A stretch of 62,879 nucleotides of DNA, the filler included, from Stramenopiles sp. TOSAG23-3 (Eukaryota), in NCBI GenBank assembly GCA_900128585.1. It is 5 parts of 5 records of this genome, joined end to end, with 100 filler letters (N's around TTAATTAATTAA, not from the genome) between each part and the next. Parts side by side here need not be neighbours in the genome. Positions count along the whole stretch, not along the records: positions 1 to 28,174 come from LT642251.1; 4 more parts are not named here. One strand, given 5' to 3'. A program made the translations under genes and the position numbers. This document shows, piece after piece, positions 1 to 10,026 of the stretch. The notes beneath the pieces were generated by a model that was given only the letters and a program-made list of their open reading frames with translations, was not told the DNA's origin and did not search any database. Position 1 is the first letter of the stretch, and each line of letters opens with the position of its first letter.

Positions 1-2
1 AA

Positions 3-215
3 GGGGTGGATGCTCTTGGAATGCAGGTTTCGAGAAGCGATGCACCGTTCGCGAAAATAATGAATGACTCTGACAGTTTGCAATTTTTTTTGTCGTGTAA
101 ATCGATCCCGATCCCGGGAGAAGGTGCAAGAAGTCGACGCACTCGCGACCGGCCGCCCAAAGGGAAATTGCTGACGGGCGTGCCCCCTATACGTGTTCCG
201 AAGCATAAGGCGTAA
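3..215 (+). CDS. 3' end of a gene running in from the left window edge (unknown protein)
   Basis: Frame open from the window edge to TAA at 213-215, coding-like GC, converging on the LRR gene as other gene pairs do; no recognisable motif. Confidence 0.4.
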   Translation, partial: GVDALGMQVSRSDAPFAKIMNDSDSLQFFLSCKSIPIPGEGARSRRTRDRPPKGKLLTGVPPIRVPKHKA

Positions 216-313
216 AAATGTTCTGCGATGCCCTATTTAAAAGGAAAAAAATTATGATGTATTTTCTAACTGCGCTGCGTGGGAAACACCCTCGGTCCCC
301 TTTCCCCAGGATT

Positions 314-3300
314 TTAGTCAATCTCTTCTTCATCATCAGTCTCATCGTCTCCGTCCACGTCAGACTCACTTGAGCTTTCGTCAAACTCTTCCCCCGCTGC
401 TTCCGCGAGGGCTCGTCTCTCTGCTTTCGCTTTCTTCCTTGCGAGCTTAGCCCTCCTGGCCTCTTCTTTAATCTCTTTCTCCAAGGGGTCTATGTATTTG
501 TCCCATACGAATTTGGTCTCAAGAGGATCTACCTTCTTCTTAAAACCAAAGATGTCGCGTGGTGTTTCACCACTGGAGGAATCGGAATCGGTGTCATCTC
601 CTCCACCGTCGCCGATGAGGGCAATCAGATCCGCTTGATCCTGCAGCCATTTCTTGTATTTTCGTCCATTTCTTCCATCCCACGGGCGACGAAGTTTCTT
701 CTCTCGAGCATATACCCTGCCATCGTCAATGGCTTTTTCGTGGGCCAAGCGAGCATACTTTTCTAGCAGCTCGGCCAAAAGCTCTTCTTCTATTTCCTCC
801 TTCTTGCGTTTGCTCAACAGTACCACTTCCACCAAATTGTCTTTGTACTTTTCTAGCGTTGTGTTCAGCTGGTTCATCCCCATATTGGCATCTTCGACCA
901 GCTTATCCCGCTCCATCGGAGAGTTGAAACGGTGTGTTTCGTAAGCCCCTGGGTTCGCGTCGTATGCATCGCTCCGTTCCATGACGTACTTGTACTCTTT
1001 CTTTGCCTCTTTGACTTCTTTCGCGGCTGCTCTGATGGCCTTCTTGACGGTGTACACCCTCTTTTTGCCATACTTTTTTCGCCGTTTGTACTCCGCTTTG
1101 GCCATCTTTTTCCCTTGGATAAGGGTGAACCATTCTTCCACGTCATCCCTGGCCTTTTGTGTGTCGAGGTTTACGCGTCTTTCTTCCATGAACTTGCGGT
1201 CAACTTCTTCGTGTGTGTATATGGTTTGAAGGAGAACCAACGCGTCATTCTTCTGCAGAAGCACGTCCTCTTCCTCCTCATCCGGTACGATTGCGGCATC
1301 GTCGTCCCCTGGGGCAGCATCCTCGTCTTTTTTCTCCTCTCCTTCGGCGTTGTCGGCTAGCCCCTCGGCCTTTTCATTTTGCATCTTGATTGCGTGCCTC
1401 CGCTTCCTTTCTATTTCACGGATCTTCTCGAGTCTTTCTTTCGCCCGAACTTTTGCCCTGGCCTTTCCTTCAGCGTCTAGTTGGAATTTAACGTTTGACT
1501 CGACTTTGGCTACTGGGCCGTACGGCCCTTCGAACATTTCACAGGCCTCAATCAACTGAAACTCTGAATTTGGAAACTGTGGGACGTATTCAAACCGAAA
1601 GGTAGGTTTTAACAATTGCTTGTGCTCCAGCCTTGCGTTTTCGCGTGCTATTCTATCGTTGCCCCTGTCAATGATTGATTTAAACATTTCCTCCTCTTCC
1701 CCGATGTCAGTGTCCTTGGGGGGCTCCAGCCCGTCGGTTTCCCATGTCCACTTGTCTTTTCGGAAGATTGCGGGGGTTACCAACGAGAACACAGGCTCCA
1801 CCAGCCTAGCGCCTTGCGCCAACTCTCCCCAGGCCCTCGCCATATCGTCTCGAAAAATGTCGTCCGTGAGCAAAGAAACTTGCCCGTCCCCTTCTTTCAC
1901 TGCCCACTCCACCCAAATTAGGAAGCAGTTCAGCAATTCTTTGTGAAATTCGTATTTTCGCAATTCCTTCTTCTCTTCGATCCATTTGATAATTTCTGGG
2001 CAAGTCCTGTCAAAGTTGTAAAATTTCCCGTTGATGTAATTGTCCACCATTGTATCCACGTGCAACAAATCTTCTTCTTCCATGTAGCCACAAGTAGTGA
2101 GCGCTGATTGGTACTTGCTTTTGATCAAGACTTGAATTGCGGTGGGTGTCAGGTTCTTGTGGGAAAATCGCAACTGGTGAACATTCAGTTGATCTCGGAT
2201 CTCATCCATGCGGCGCATGCGATCCTCCAAGTAGTGCCGGATTCTCGAGCTCCCCTCTAAGGAAAGTTCAGTTGGCGGAGAACGCATAGGGTTGTGCTCT
2301 ATCCTGATGTCTTTCAATGTCGTCAGAAACCGAAACGTGTGAGGAAGCTCAATTAGTTGGTTTCCGTACAACCAAAGTTTTTCCAGGGTGGAAGTCAAGG
2401 CCCCCATACCGAAGCTTAATTTCATTACCTTGACCCGATTGTGGGACAGGGACAATTCTCTCAATTTCGGGAGATTGTCTATCCCCTCTGGAAACACGGA
2501 CAGCATGTTTTGGTTCAAATTTAAGATTTCCAAACGCTTTAATTGCTCAATACCCGGAGGAAATGTTTTCAGCCTGTTCTTTGTGAAATTAAGGATTCTG
2601 AGTTTCGGCAGCTCAACAATTCCTGGCGGAATTTTCGTCAAGAAATTTACGTCCAAGTGCAATTCCTGCAACGCCTTAAGTCTGTGCAATTTTACTGGCA
2701 ACTCTTTCACCCGATTTCCGGTGAGTCGCAAGATCTTCAGCTTGTTTAGAAAACACAGGCGTCCTGAAATCTGCGATATCTTGTTTCGTTCAAAGTTTAA
2801 AGAAGTGATACTTTTCAAACTCGATATTGCATCTGGGATTGCCAAAAGCTGGTTGTTGTACATATTCAAATCTGTCAGATTCACCAGTTTTCTGCATAGC
2901 GTTACCGGAATAGCAGTGAGCAAATTGCACATCAACCCTAAATTGGTTAAATTCTGCATTTCGTATATCTCTGCGGGTACAGCCTGAAGCTGCAGCCACT
3001 GCAGCCGCAGCTCGTTGCTCCTGGCCGCGGATTTAAAAGCATTCTCTAATGTTGTCTCGTACCGTGGCTGGGGTATAACAACCTCGCTCAGGATCCCCAA
3101 ACTGACTGTATCGACCTCCGGCGGCCGCCCGCCTCGTCGATGCCTTGCCCATCGTTCTCGGCAGTCTCTTAGTATGGCCGGTATGCCCTCTTGGACGGTC
3201 TTTTTCGGGGGAACTCCCCATGGGTTGTCCCCAGCGTACAGTTGTGTCAGTTTCGTTAATCGGTAATATTGCGCTGGGATTTCTTTTATAAAGTTGTTAG

Positions 3301-6300
3301 AGACCCACAGCCTGGCTAATTTAGGAAGATCGGCAATTTCTGGGGGAAGCGCGTCGAGCTTGTTATAATTCACTGCCAACCGTTCGAGGCTGGTAAGGTG
3401 CACGATTTCCGGAGGGATTGCTGCCAAACGGTTGTTCACCACTGACAAAGTCCGCAGTCTGTACATGCCTTTGATTTCCTTCGGTAACGATGTTAGTTTA
3501 TTATGGTCTAAAACCAGTTCCAACAGAAAGATTAATTTTCCAATGCTTTTTGGGATGTGATGCAAAATGTTGAAAGATAGATTCAACCGTTTCAAGTTTT
3601 GAACGCGCCCAAAGTCGTCCAATTCGTATGGCATTTCCAAAAGCTTTTCGTGCGTAAGGTTGTGGATAAAAAACGGAAAGCCCTCGATTGGGTCGAAGCG
3701 GATGTCGTATATACCACGCCCTTCCTCTCCGAGTTTGTCTCTCTTTTGCAAATTGGTGAGACCATCGAATGCCGACTCCAAAGTTTCGTGCTTCACTTTT
3801 CCCGTTGACTTCAGGGCTTCCAGGTCGACTTTGGCATTATGGTCAACCTCTTCCACTTTTTCCAACGGTTTGGGGGGAAATCGGCTGCATTGTCCCGTCA
3901 CTGGGTTTCTCCACAACACCCCTAAGTCTCCCATGTTTTCCCGTTGCCAATCTTCCGGCTTGTCGATGCGTTTTTTCGGCGGGTTCAGCGGGGTTATCAA
4001 CGCAAGGGTGCCTATTCGATTTCGTGAAAAACAAAGGTCGCTTAACTTGTTCAGTTTCTGAAAATCCCCAGGCAGCGTCGTTAAATTGTTGTCTTCCATC
4101 CGCATTACTCTTAGCTTGTACAGATGCCCAATACGCTTCGGGAGCAACGAGATGCCGTTTCCGGCACATTTAAGCGCAGTAAGATTTGTCAACTTGGTAA
4201 AAGATTCTGGAAAACGGACGATTCGGTTTTGTGGGCATGAAAACGAAACGAGCTGGTGCATCAGACCAAGCGCTTCTGGTAATTCTCTCAGTCGGTTGTT
4301 GCCAATGTTCAACTCCACGGTAGTATGGAGAGTTGTAAAGTACCACGAAGGAATATTGTCCAATTTGTTGCCTGATAAACGCACTATTTGCAAATGCTGC
4401 ATGGACAAAAATAAAGTGTTGAATGCAATTCGCCGCGGGATGGTTTTCAAACCCTTCCACAGAATTTCGAGCTCCCCGGTGCGGTATGACTCCAGCAATG
4501 CGTGATGGTAAATTTCTTCATCCTTGTACTTGTACGTCATTTTTCGCCGTTCTGATTTCTGACCTTTCGCCCCCGTCACCGTTGCCGGCCGTTTTTTCCT
4601 CTTCTTTTTCTTGTCGGATTGTGCAGACTTGAAGGCGCGCACGACTGGGTTCTCCGTTACCCCTGGCCCTTTCGTGCCCCACGATCGAACGTCTCGTTTT
4701 GACGTGGCCAAATCTGACTTGTCCAACTCCCAGTCCTCGTACATTCGAACATGGTCCTCCTTCACCAAAATGTGCTGCATTTCTATCATCTTTCTAGCTT
4801 GTTGATGCGACCGTGTGACTGCAAATGCTTCGCTGTAAGACAGCGTCTTCTTGGGCCTTGGGAGACTTCCCACCGTGTGTGGCCTTCCATCTGCAAGGAG
4901 AATTTGGCCACGATTCACCCCCCCTTTCACAAGGGTCTTGTCTGTGGACCACGGCCGGGCTGGGGGGTGCGTATACGAGTCTGGGAGTTCGCTGCCCTCG
5001 GGAACCCAGGGGCGCCGCTGTGCGTCCGTTGGGGGGGCAATGGCTTTGGCGGCAGTCCTGGGTTTCGGCACAGTGCTGTTTAAATTGACCTCCCAAGGGT
5101 TCCTGTCCTCGTCCTCTTCGATCTCCCTCTTCTTTTGTGCAATGATGCTTGCCGTAACAGCACGGGGGACGACCTTACCGCCCCTTGGTTTTGGACTCAT
5201 GGGAGACGTGGGCCTCGTCGACTCGCTTGCCGCAGACGCGGCCGTTAGGGGCCTCGTGATATCCTCGTACAAGGACGCCGCGCTCTTCACTGTGTATGGA
5301 TCCCTGGTCACTCGCAAACTCTTGACGTTGCGCAATTTGGCAGCCTTTCGTTTTACATTTTTTCCTATCGCAGTCATTTCCTTTGCCAACTGTTTCTGTG
5401 CCTCTGTTAAATTGTATGGCCGCTTACCAAAGGCACCTTTGCGTTGGCTGCTCTGGGAAGCTCGAAGGTCAACGCTTTTTGTTTTTCGCGCAGGCGGTGG
5501 CAGCGTTGGCGGCGGGGGCTTGTTCCTATTTGTAATAACTATCTTGAGGCTCGCGGATTTTGCTCGCTTCAACTGCTTTTTTATCGTCCTCCGGGTAGGC
5601 TGACCAGAAACTACAGCCATGGAAGCGGAGCCGGCCCGGGCTGCCTTTGGTGGCCGCTTTTTACTGGTCCGTGGCCTCACGTACGCTTCTGCAGGAACTT
5701 CTTTCTCTGGCATTTTGTAGTCGATGACCCGAGACGGTTTTGCCCGCACCATGGCAGTTACGGGTCTTACTCGGACCGGAGAAGCCGCGACTTGCCCGCC
5801 TGGGCGCTGCGATTCATCGTGGTGGCGGTACTGGCTTTGGCTAGGAAGGGGAACGGGCACCCCAGTCGCTGGACGGGCTTTTCGTTTGGGGGAGGACCGA
5901 TTCCCCCCCATCGCGGTGTTAATTTCATCCCCATCCCGGTGTACTGCCGTTTGTGGTCTTCGGTTTTTTTTTTTTAACCGAATGCCCTCCCGGGGCACGA
6001 CCTCGTTTCTACTAATTGCTGTGGACGGCCTAGTTCGAACGGAACTCTCGTTTGTTGGAGGGCGCAGCCCGAACTCGTTGGCTTCTGCAGTAGAGGGTCG
6101 GCGGAAGGTCTCACTCGTCCCCGGCCGGTAGTAATATTCTTCGTCGTCCTTCTCCTCCTCTCTATCAGCCCCATGGGCAAATTCATCATTTACAAAGGGT
6201 CTCTCGTGAGCTGTTGAAGGCCTTGAAAAGTTAAAATCGGATTCCGCCGTCATAGGACGTTTGCCGAAGTTGTCGTCAGAGTCTGCCGTATTTGGTCTCC

Positions 6301-6868
6301 CGGGGAAGAATCCCATGCTGCCGCTCGTGCCGGGCCTCGATTCGTCGTGATATTCTCTGCCGTCGTGCCCACTTGTACTTGGGCGAGACCCGGCTGTTTT
6401 GTCGTACTGAAACACATTCCCGTCCTCGAACCTGAAGTCGGAGTCTACGGTAAAGTCCGAGCCCGCCGTTAGGGGCCGTTGAAACCCTCCGCCCATGCTC
6501 CCGCTGGTTCCAGGTCTTGATTCGGACAGCCCCATACTTCCGCTTGTCCCTGGCCGCGACTCGGACATGCCCATACTCCCGCTCGTCCCTGGCCGCGACT
6601 CAAACAACCCCATACTCCCACTCGTCCCTGGCCGCGACTCGGACATTCCCATGCTTCCACCTGTTCCCGGCCGACCATCAAACGCACCAATACTCCCACT
6701 TGTCCCTGGTCTGGAGGACGAATCATCCCAAATTCCTGGCATGCCTCCAATGGATTCTGACGTCGGGGGCCTCCTGTTTACCCCATAGTTTTCATTTTCG
6801 TCCTGGGACGCTCGTTCTCTTCGACTTTCATCCACACTCCGCGGAGTCCCTGGCAAAGTTGGGAACAT
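314..6868 (-). CDS. Large leucine-rich repeat protein (2184 aa): disordered RPxT-rich N-terminus, LRR arrays, two WW-like inserts, coiled-coil/acidic C-terminus
   Basis: Uninterrupted ORF with many LxxLxLxxNxLxxLP repeats (LQIVRLSGNKLDNIP, LKRLNLSFNILHHIP, LEKLWLYGNQLIELP). Confidence 0.93.
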   Translation of the reverse strand: MFPTLPGTPRSVDESRRERASQDENENYGVNRRPPTSESIGGMPGIWDDSSSRPGTSGSIGAFDGRPGTGGSMGMSESRPGTSGSMGLFESRPGTSGSMGMSESRPGTSGSMGLSESRPGTSGSMGGGFQRPLTAGSDFTVDSDFRFEDGNVFQYDKTAGSRPSTSGHDGREYHDESRPGTSGSMGFFPGRPNTADSDDNFGKRPMTAESDFNFSRPSTAHERPFVNDEFAHGADREEEKDDEEYYYRPGTSETFRRPSTAEANEFGLRPPTNESSVRTRPSTAISRNEVVPREGIRLKKKNRRPQTAVHRDGDEINTAMGGNRSSPKRKARPATGVPVPLPSQSQYRHHDESQRPGGQVAASPVRVRPVTAMVRAKPSRVIDYKMPEKEVPAEAYVRPRTSKKRPPKAARAGSASMAVVSGQPTRRTIKKQLKRAKSASLKIVITNRNKPPPPTLPPPARKTKSVDLRASQSSQRKGAFGKRPYNLTEAQKQLAKEMTAIGKNVKRKAAKLRNVKSLRVTRDPYTVKSAASLYEDITRPLTAASAASESTRPTSPMSPKPRGGKVVPRAVTASIIAQKKREIEEDEDRNPWEVNLNSTVPKPRTAAKAIAPPTDAQRRPWVPEGSELPDSYTHPPARPWSTDKTLVKGGVNRGQILLADGRPHTVGSLPRPKKTLSYSEAFAVTRSHQQARKMIEMQHILVKEDHVRMYEDWELDKSDLATSKRDVRSWGTKGPGVTENPVVRAFKSAQSDKKKKRKKRPATVTGAKGQKSERRKMTYKYKDEEIYHHALLESYRTGELEILWKGLKTIPRRIAFNTLFLSMQHLQIVRLSGNKLDNIPSWYFTTLHTTVELNIGNNRLRELPEALGLMHQLVSFSCPQNRIVRFPESFTKLTNLTALKCAGNGISLLPKRIGHLYKLRVMRMEDNNLTTLPGDFQKLNKLSDLCFSRNRIGTLALITPLNPPKKRIDKPEDWQRENMGDLGVLWRNPVTGQCSRFPPKPLEKVEEVDHNAKVDLEALKSTGKVKHETLESAFDGLTNLQKRDKLGEEGRGIYDIRFDPIEGFPFFIHNLTHEKLLEMPYELDDFGRVQNLKRLNLSFNILHHIPKSIGKLIFLLELVLDHNKLTSLPKEIKGMYRLRTLSVVNNRLAAIPPEIVHLTSLERLAVNYNKLDALPPEIADLPKLARLWVSNNFIKEIPAQYYRLTKLTQLYAGDNPWGVPPKKTVQEGIPAILRDCRERWARHRRGGRPPEVDTVSLGILSEVVIPQPRYETTLENAFKSAARSNELRLQWLQLQAVPAEIYEMQNLTNLGLMCNLLTAIPVTLCRKLVNLTDLNMYNNQLLAIPDAISSLKSITSLNFERNKISQISGRLCFLNKLKILRLTGNRVKELPVKLHRLKALQELHLDVNFLTKIPPGIVELPKLRILNFTKNRLKTFPPGIEQLKRLEILNLNQNMLSVFPEGIDNLPKLRELSLSHNRVKVMKLSFGMGALTSTLEKLWLYGNQLIELPHTFRFLTTLKDIRIEHNPMRSPPTELSLEGSSRIRHYLEDRMRRMDEIRDQLNVHQLRFSHKNLTPTAIQVLIKSKYQSALTTCGYMEEEDLLHVDTMVDNYINGKFYNFDRTCPEIIKWIEEKKELRKYEFHKELLNCFLIWVEWAVKEGDGQVSLLTDDIFRDDMARAWGELAQGARLVEPVFSLVTPAIFRKDKWTWETDGLEPPKDTDIGEEEEMFKSIIDRGNDRIARENARLEHKQLLKPTFRFEYVPQFPNSEFQLIEACEMFEGPYGPVAKVESNVKFQLDAEGKARAKVRAKERLEKIREIERKRRHAIKMQNEKAEGLADNAEGEEKKDEDAAPGDDDAAIVPDEEEEDVLLQKNDALVLLQTIYTHEEVDRKFMEERRVNLDTQKARDDVEEWFTLIQGKKMAKAEYKRRKKYGKKRVYTVKKAIRAAAKEVKEAKKEYKYVMERSDAYDANPGAYETHRFNSPMERDKLVEDANMGMNQLNTTLEKYKDNLVEVVLLSKRKKEEIEEELLAELLEKYARLAHEKAIDDGRVYAREKKLRRPWDGRNGRKYKKWLQDQADLIALIGDGGGDDTDSDSSSGETPRDIFGFKKKVDPLETKFVWDKYIDPLEKEIKEEARRAKLARKKAKAERRALAEAAGEEFDESSSESDVDGDDETDDEEEID
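6495..6720 (-). repeat. Coding 39-bp tandem repeat (~6 units, GMSESRPGTSGSM)
   Basis: Repeated cccatactccc..tcgtccctggccgcgactc units on the + strand; 13-aa period in the translation. Confidence 0.9.
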
Positions 6869-7399
6869 GTTTCAAAAAACACCTTGCTTTACTCGTTCAC
6901 GATGCAAAGCTGCCTGGTGACAACGATTTAGACTTCCTATTGTTGAATCCATATCGAACAACAGTTCAAGTCCCTAACCCTTTTCTTTCAGAAAGTAAAG
7001 CCTTTCATGAAATGTGGTAGCAAGACTAGAAATGGCAGTTACCAAAAAAATAGTTCTTCTTCTGTATCTCTTCTTCTATCTTCTCCAGCTTCCCCTTTGC
7101 AAGTCGATCGAGTTGCTGTTATCTATAAGTAAAATTGGACTCGATTGTCTTCCTATTATATACTGTATAATATTATTATTAAATACATACAGGATACAGG
7201 CAGTCGAACCTCTAACAAACTACGAGGAATATAAAAACCATTACGTTGGATTATAATGTACATTATTAAGAAATTGAAATTGAAATTGAGATATTTTATT
7301 ATTAATTTATATAAAGTAGGTGTAATAGTCTCTACGACGACTCGTCCTCGTAGTCATCTACTGTAGCTTTTAAAACCAATCTATTATTTATTTATTAAA

Positions 7400-7560
7400 A
7401 AGGAAAAGAAAGAAAGAAAGAAAGAAAGAAAGAAACAAACAAACAAAGAAACAAAGAAACAAACAAACAAAGAAACAAACAAACAAACAAACAAACAAAC
7501 AAACAAACAAACAAACAAAGAAAGAAAGAAAGAAAGAAAATGAAGAAAGAAAATGAAGAA
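7400..7560. repeat. (AAAG)n/(AAAC)n microsatellite in a divergent intergenic spacer
   Basis: Directly visible. Confidence 0.95.
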
Positions 7561-8056
7561 AGCAAATTCAAATTTGTTGTTCTTCTTGTTCTGGTTTCTT
7601 GTTTCCTTCTCCTTCCTTCCCATAAAATAAATAATAATACTTCGTATTTGATCGATCGTCCGTCACATAACCGAAATTTCTTCCAATTGTTGTGGCTGCT
7701 GCTGAAACAACAAACAAGAAGAAAGAACAAAAACTTCAATTTTTAAAAACAAAAAATTGACTGTTAATTAAGGTAATTAAAACAAATAATTGTTTTTTAT
7801 TATATAAAAAAATAATTACCTTACTCTCTTTTACTGGTGGTGGATGTGATGGTATTATTTATTATTTTTAGTTATTAGTCTGCGCGGAGAAAACAACAAG
7901 AAGAAAATAGAAATGAATTATACAAGAATTGGAAATTGTAAACGGAACGAGAATGATTTTCAAGAGTTCTAAACATTGATTTTGACGTTGAGGGTAATAA
8001 ACCGTTTATCGTTGCTCCGTTTGGCGACTTGTTCTATTACGCGGCACACAATCAGA

Positions 8057-9616
8057 ATGAGTAAGAAAGAAGACGTTGACTACGAAGCCCGTGCAAAGCG
8101 GATGGTGGACCGTATTGGTGGGGAGAGAGCTTCGGAAAAAATACGGGAAGACGTTGCCGCGTCGAGAAGAAACAAGGATTTAGGGAGCGACTCAACGAGT
8201 TTGTCAAACCGTGCATCCCATCGCATGGAGAATATAAAGGGGCACCTGCAGTATGTCGAGAAGAGGACAATTCCCGTTGCTGCGACGTGCGATGTCCTAG
8301 TGGTGGGCGGAGGGCCTGCGGGGCTCTCTGCTGCAGTGGGTGCTGCCCGCGCGGGAGTGGACACGATGATCGTGGAACGCTACGGTTGTTTCGGGGGAAC
8401 CATCACCACGGTGGGGATGGAAACACTGGGGTGGTACCGCTACGAAGGCACGGTCGAGGGCAATGGAATCGGGATGGAAATGGAACGACGGGCGGCGGCG
8501 CTGGACAAGGACGCAACGGAGAAGTTCGCGTTCAACGAGAGCGAGTGTTTGGACGCGGACTACTTCAAGCTGGTGGCGGACCACTTGGTGCGGGACAACA
8601 AAATCCGGCCACTGCTCCACACATACGTTGTTGAAAGCATTGTTGAAGATGGTAAAATTGTGGGGGTTGTCACTGAGAGCAAATCGGGCCGCCAGGTGAT
8701 CCAGGCAAAGTGTGTAATCGATTGCACCGGGGACGCCGACGTTGCGTGGCGTGCGGGCGCGGAATGTAGAATGAACGCCGTGAAAGACCGCATGGGTGTG
8801 ACGACTATATTTAGCGCGGCAGGCGTGGACAAGGAGCGATTTATGAAGCACATCGAGAAAAAGCCGGCGACGTACGCGGACTGGTCCCGAACGTGGGACC
8901 AGAAAACGACGGGGAAAGAGGACGCCCTAAAGTCTCCGTACATGGAAGAAGAGTTCGACAAGGCGCGGGAGCTGGGGGTTATCCCGCAGAACACGGAAAG
9001 CGAGAAAGTGAGCATCGCAGGGAGCTGGTCTTCCATTTCCAACGCGGGGGAGGCGAGGAATTTAAACTTGGTTCATATGTCGGGGGTCGACGTAACATCG
9101 GCTGAGGAGTTGACGGAAGCGGAAATGGAGGGAAGGAAACAAGCTATGCACGCCCTCAAGGCCTTGAAGACCGTGGTGCCGGGGTTTGAGAACTCCAAGC
9201 TGAGAAACTTCTCCATGACGCTTGGGGTCCGAGACTCGCGTAAAATTATCGGGCGGTACAATCTAACGGAAGAGGACGTAAAAAATGAAGCTCGCTTCCA
9301 TGATTCGATAGGCATTTTCCCAGAGTTCATCGACGGGTACTCGATTCTTATCCTTCCCACCACGGGGCGGTACTTTCAAGTGCCGTACGGCTGCCTGGTC
9401 CCCGAAAAGATTGACAACTTGCTGGTTGGTGGGCGCTGCTGTGCGGGCGACAACGCGAGCCATGCAGCGATGCGCAACATGATGGCGTGCACGGTTAGCG
9501 GCCAGGGTTGCGGTGTTGCTGCCGCGGTGACTGTGAAAACGGGAAAGACCACGCAGACGGTGGATGTCAAGGCCATCCAAGGCGAGCTGAAACGGCAAGG
9601 CGTTAGAATCGATTAA
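8057..9616 (+). CDS. FAD-dependent oxidoreductase (FAD_oxidored/PF12831-like, bacterial-type) with an N-terminal PTS2-like motif
   Basis: DVLVVGGGPAG dinucleotide-binding motif, IDCTGDAD, GVRDSRKI, VPYGCLVP..NLLVGGRC; first ATG at 8057 (the track starts at an upstream TTG, 7976). Confidence 0.88.
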   Translation: MSKKEDVDYEARAKRMVDRIGGERASEKIREDVAASRRNKDLGSDSTSLSNRASHRMENIKGHLQYVEKRTIPVAATCDVLVVGGGPAGLSAAVGAARAGVDTMIVERYGCFGGTITTVGMETLGWYRYEGTVEGNGIGMEMERRAAALDKDATEKFAFNESECLDADYFKLVADHLVRDNKIRPLLHTYVVESIVEDGKIVGVVTESKSGRQVIQAKCVIDCTGDADVAWRAGAECRMNAVKDRMGVTTIFSAAGVDKERFMKHIEKKPATYADWSRTWDQKTTGKEDALKSPYMEEEFDKARELGVIPQNTESEKVSIAGSWSSISNAGEARNLNLVHMSGVDVTSAEELTEAEMEGRKQAMHALKALKTVVPGFENSKLRNFSMTLGVRDSRKIIGRYNLTEEDVKNEARFHDSIGIFPEFIDGYSILILPTTGRYFQVPYGCLVPEKIDNLLVGGRCCAGDNASHAAMRNMMACTVSGQGCGVAAAVTVKTGKTTQTVDVKAIQGELKRQGVRID

Positions 9617-10026
9617 AGCTGCGAAATGTGATAAACTTTGAAGCTTAAAAAAACTAAATTTAATATAATATTTGCTCCAATGCCCTTCAATTGCTTTTTG
9701 GCCTGTCCTGCTCAAGTTAGTTTTCGTAGTTTATGAAACTAATCCGTTCACCAATTTTCTTGTTTTTATAAAAAAAACTGATTATATAGTATGTTTTAAG
9801 ACTCTCAAGATTATCTCAATTGTAAGATCAATTCGTGACTATGACTAGTTTTTATATATTTAATCCTCCTTCGTACGAACGGTGCTATCCCTTACTTTAT
9901 TCTTACTTATAGCAACGTTCGTAACGAAAAAGAACATTAAACGCACACTGTGTGCCCAAGCCCAAATATCACAAGCAAAACATACTATATATTTTGTTTT
10001 TCACAAGCAATGCTCCCTCTCTCTCT

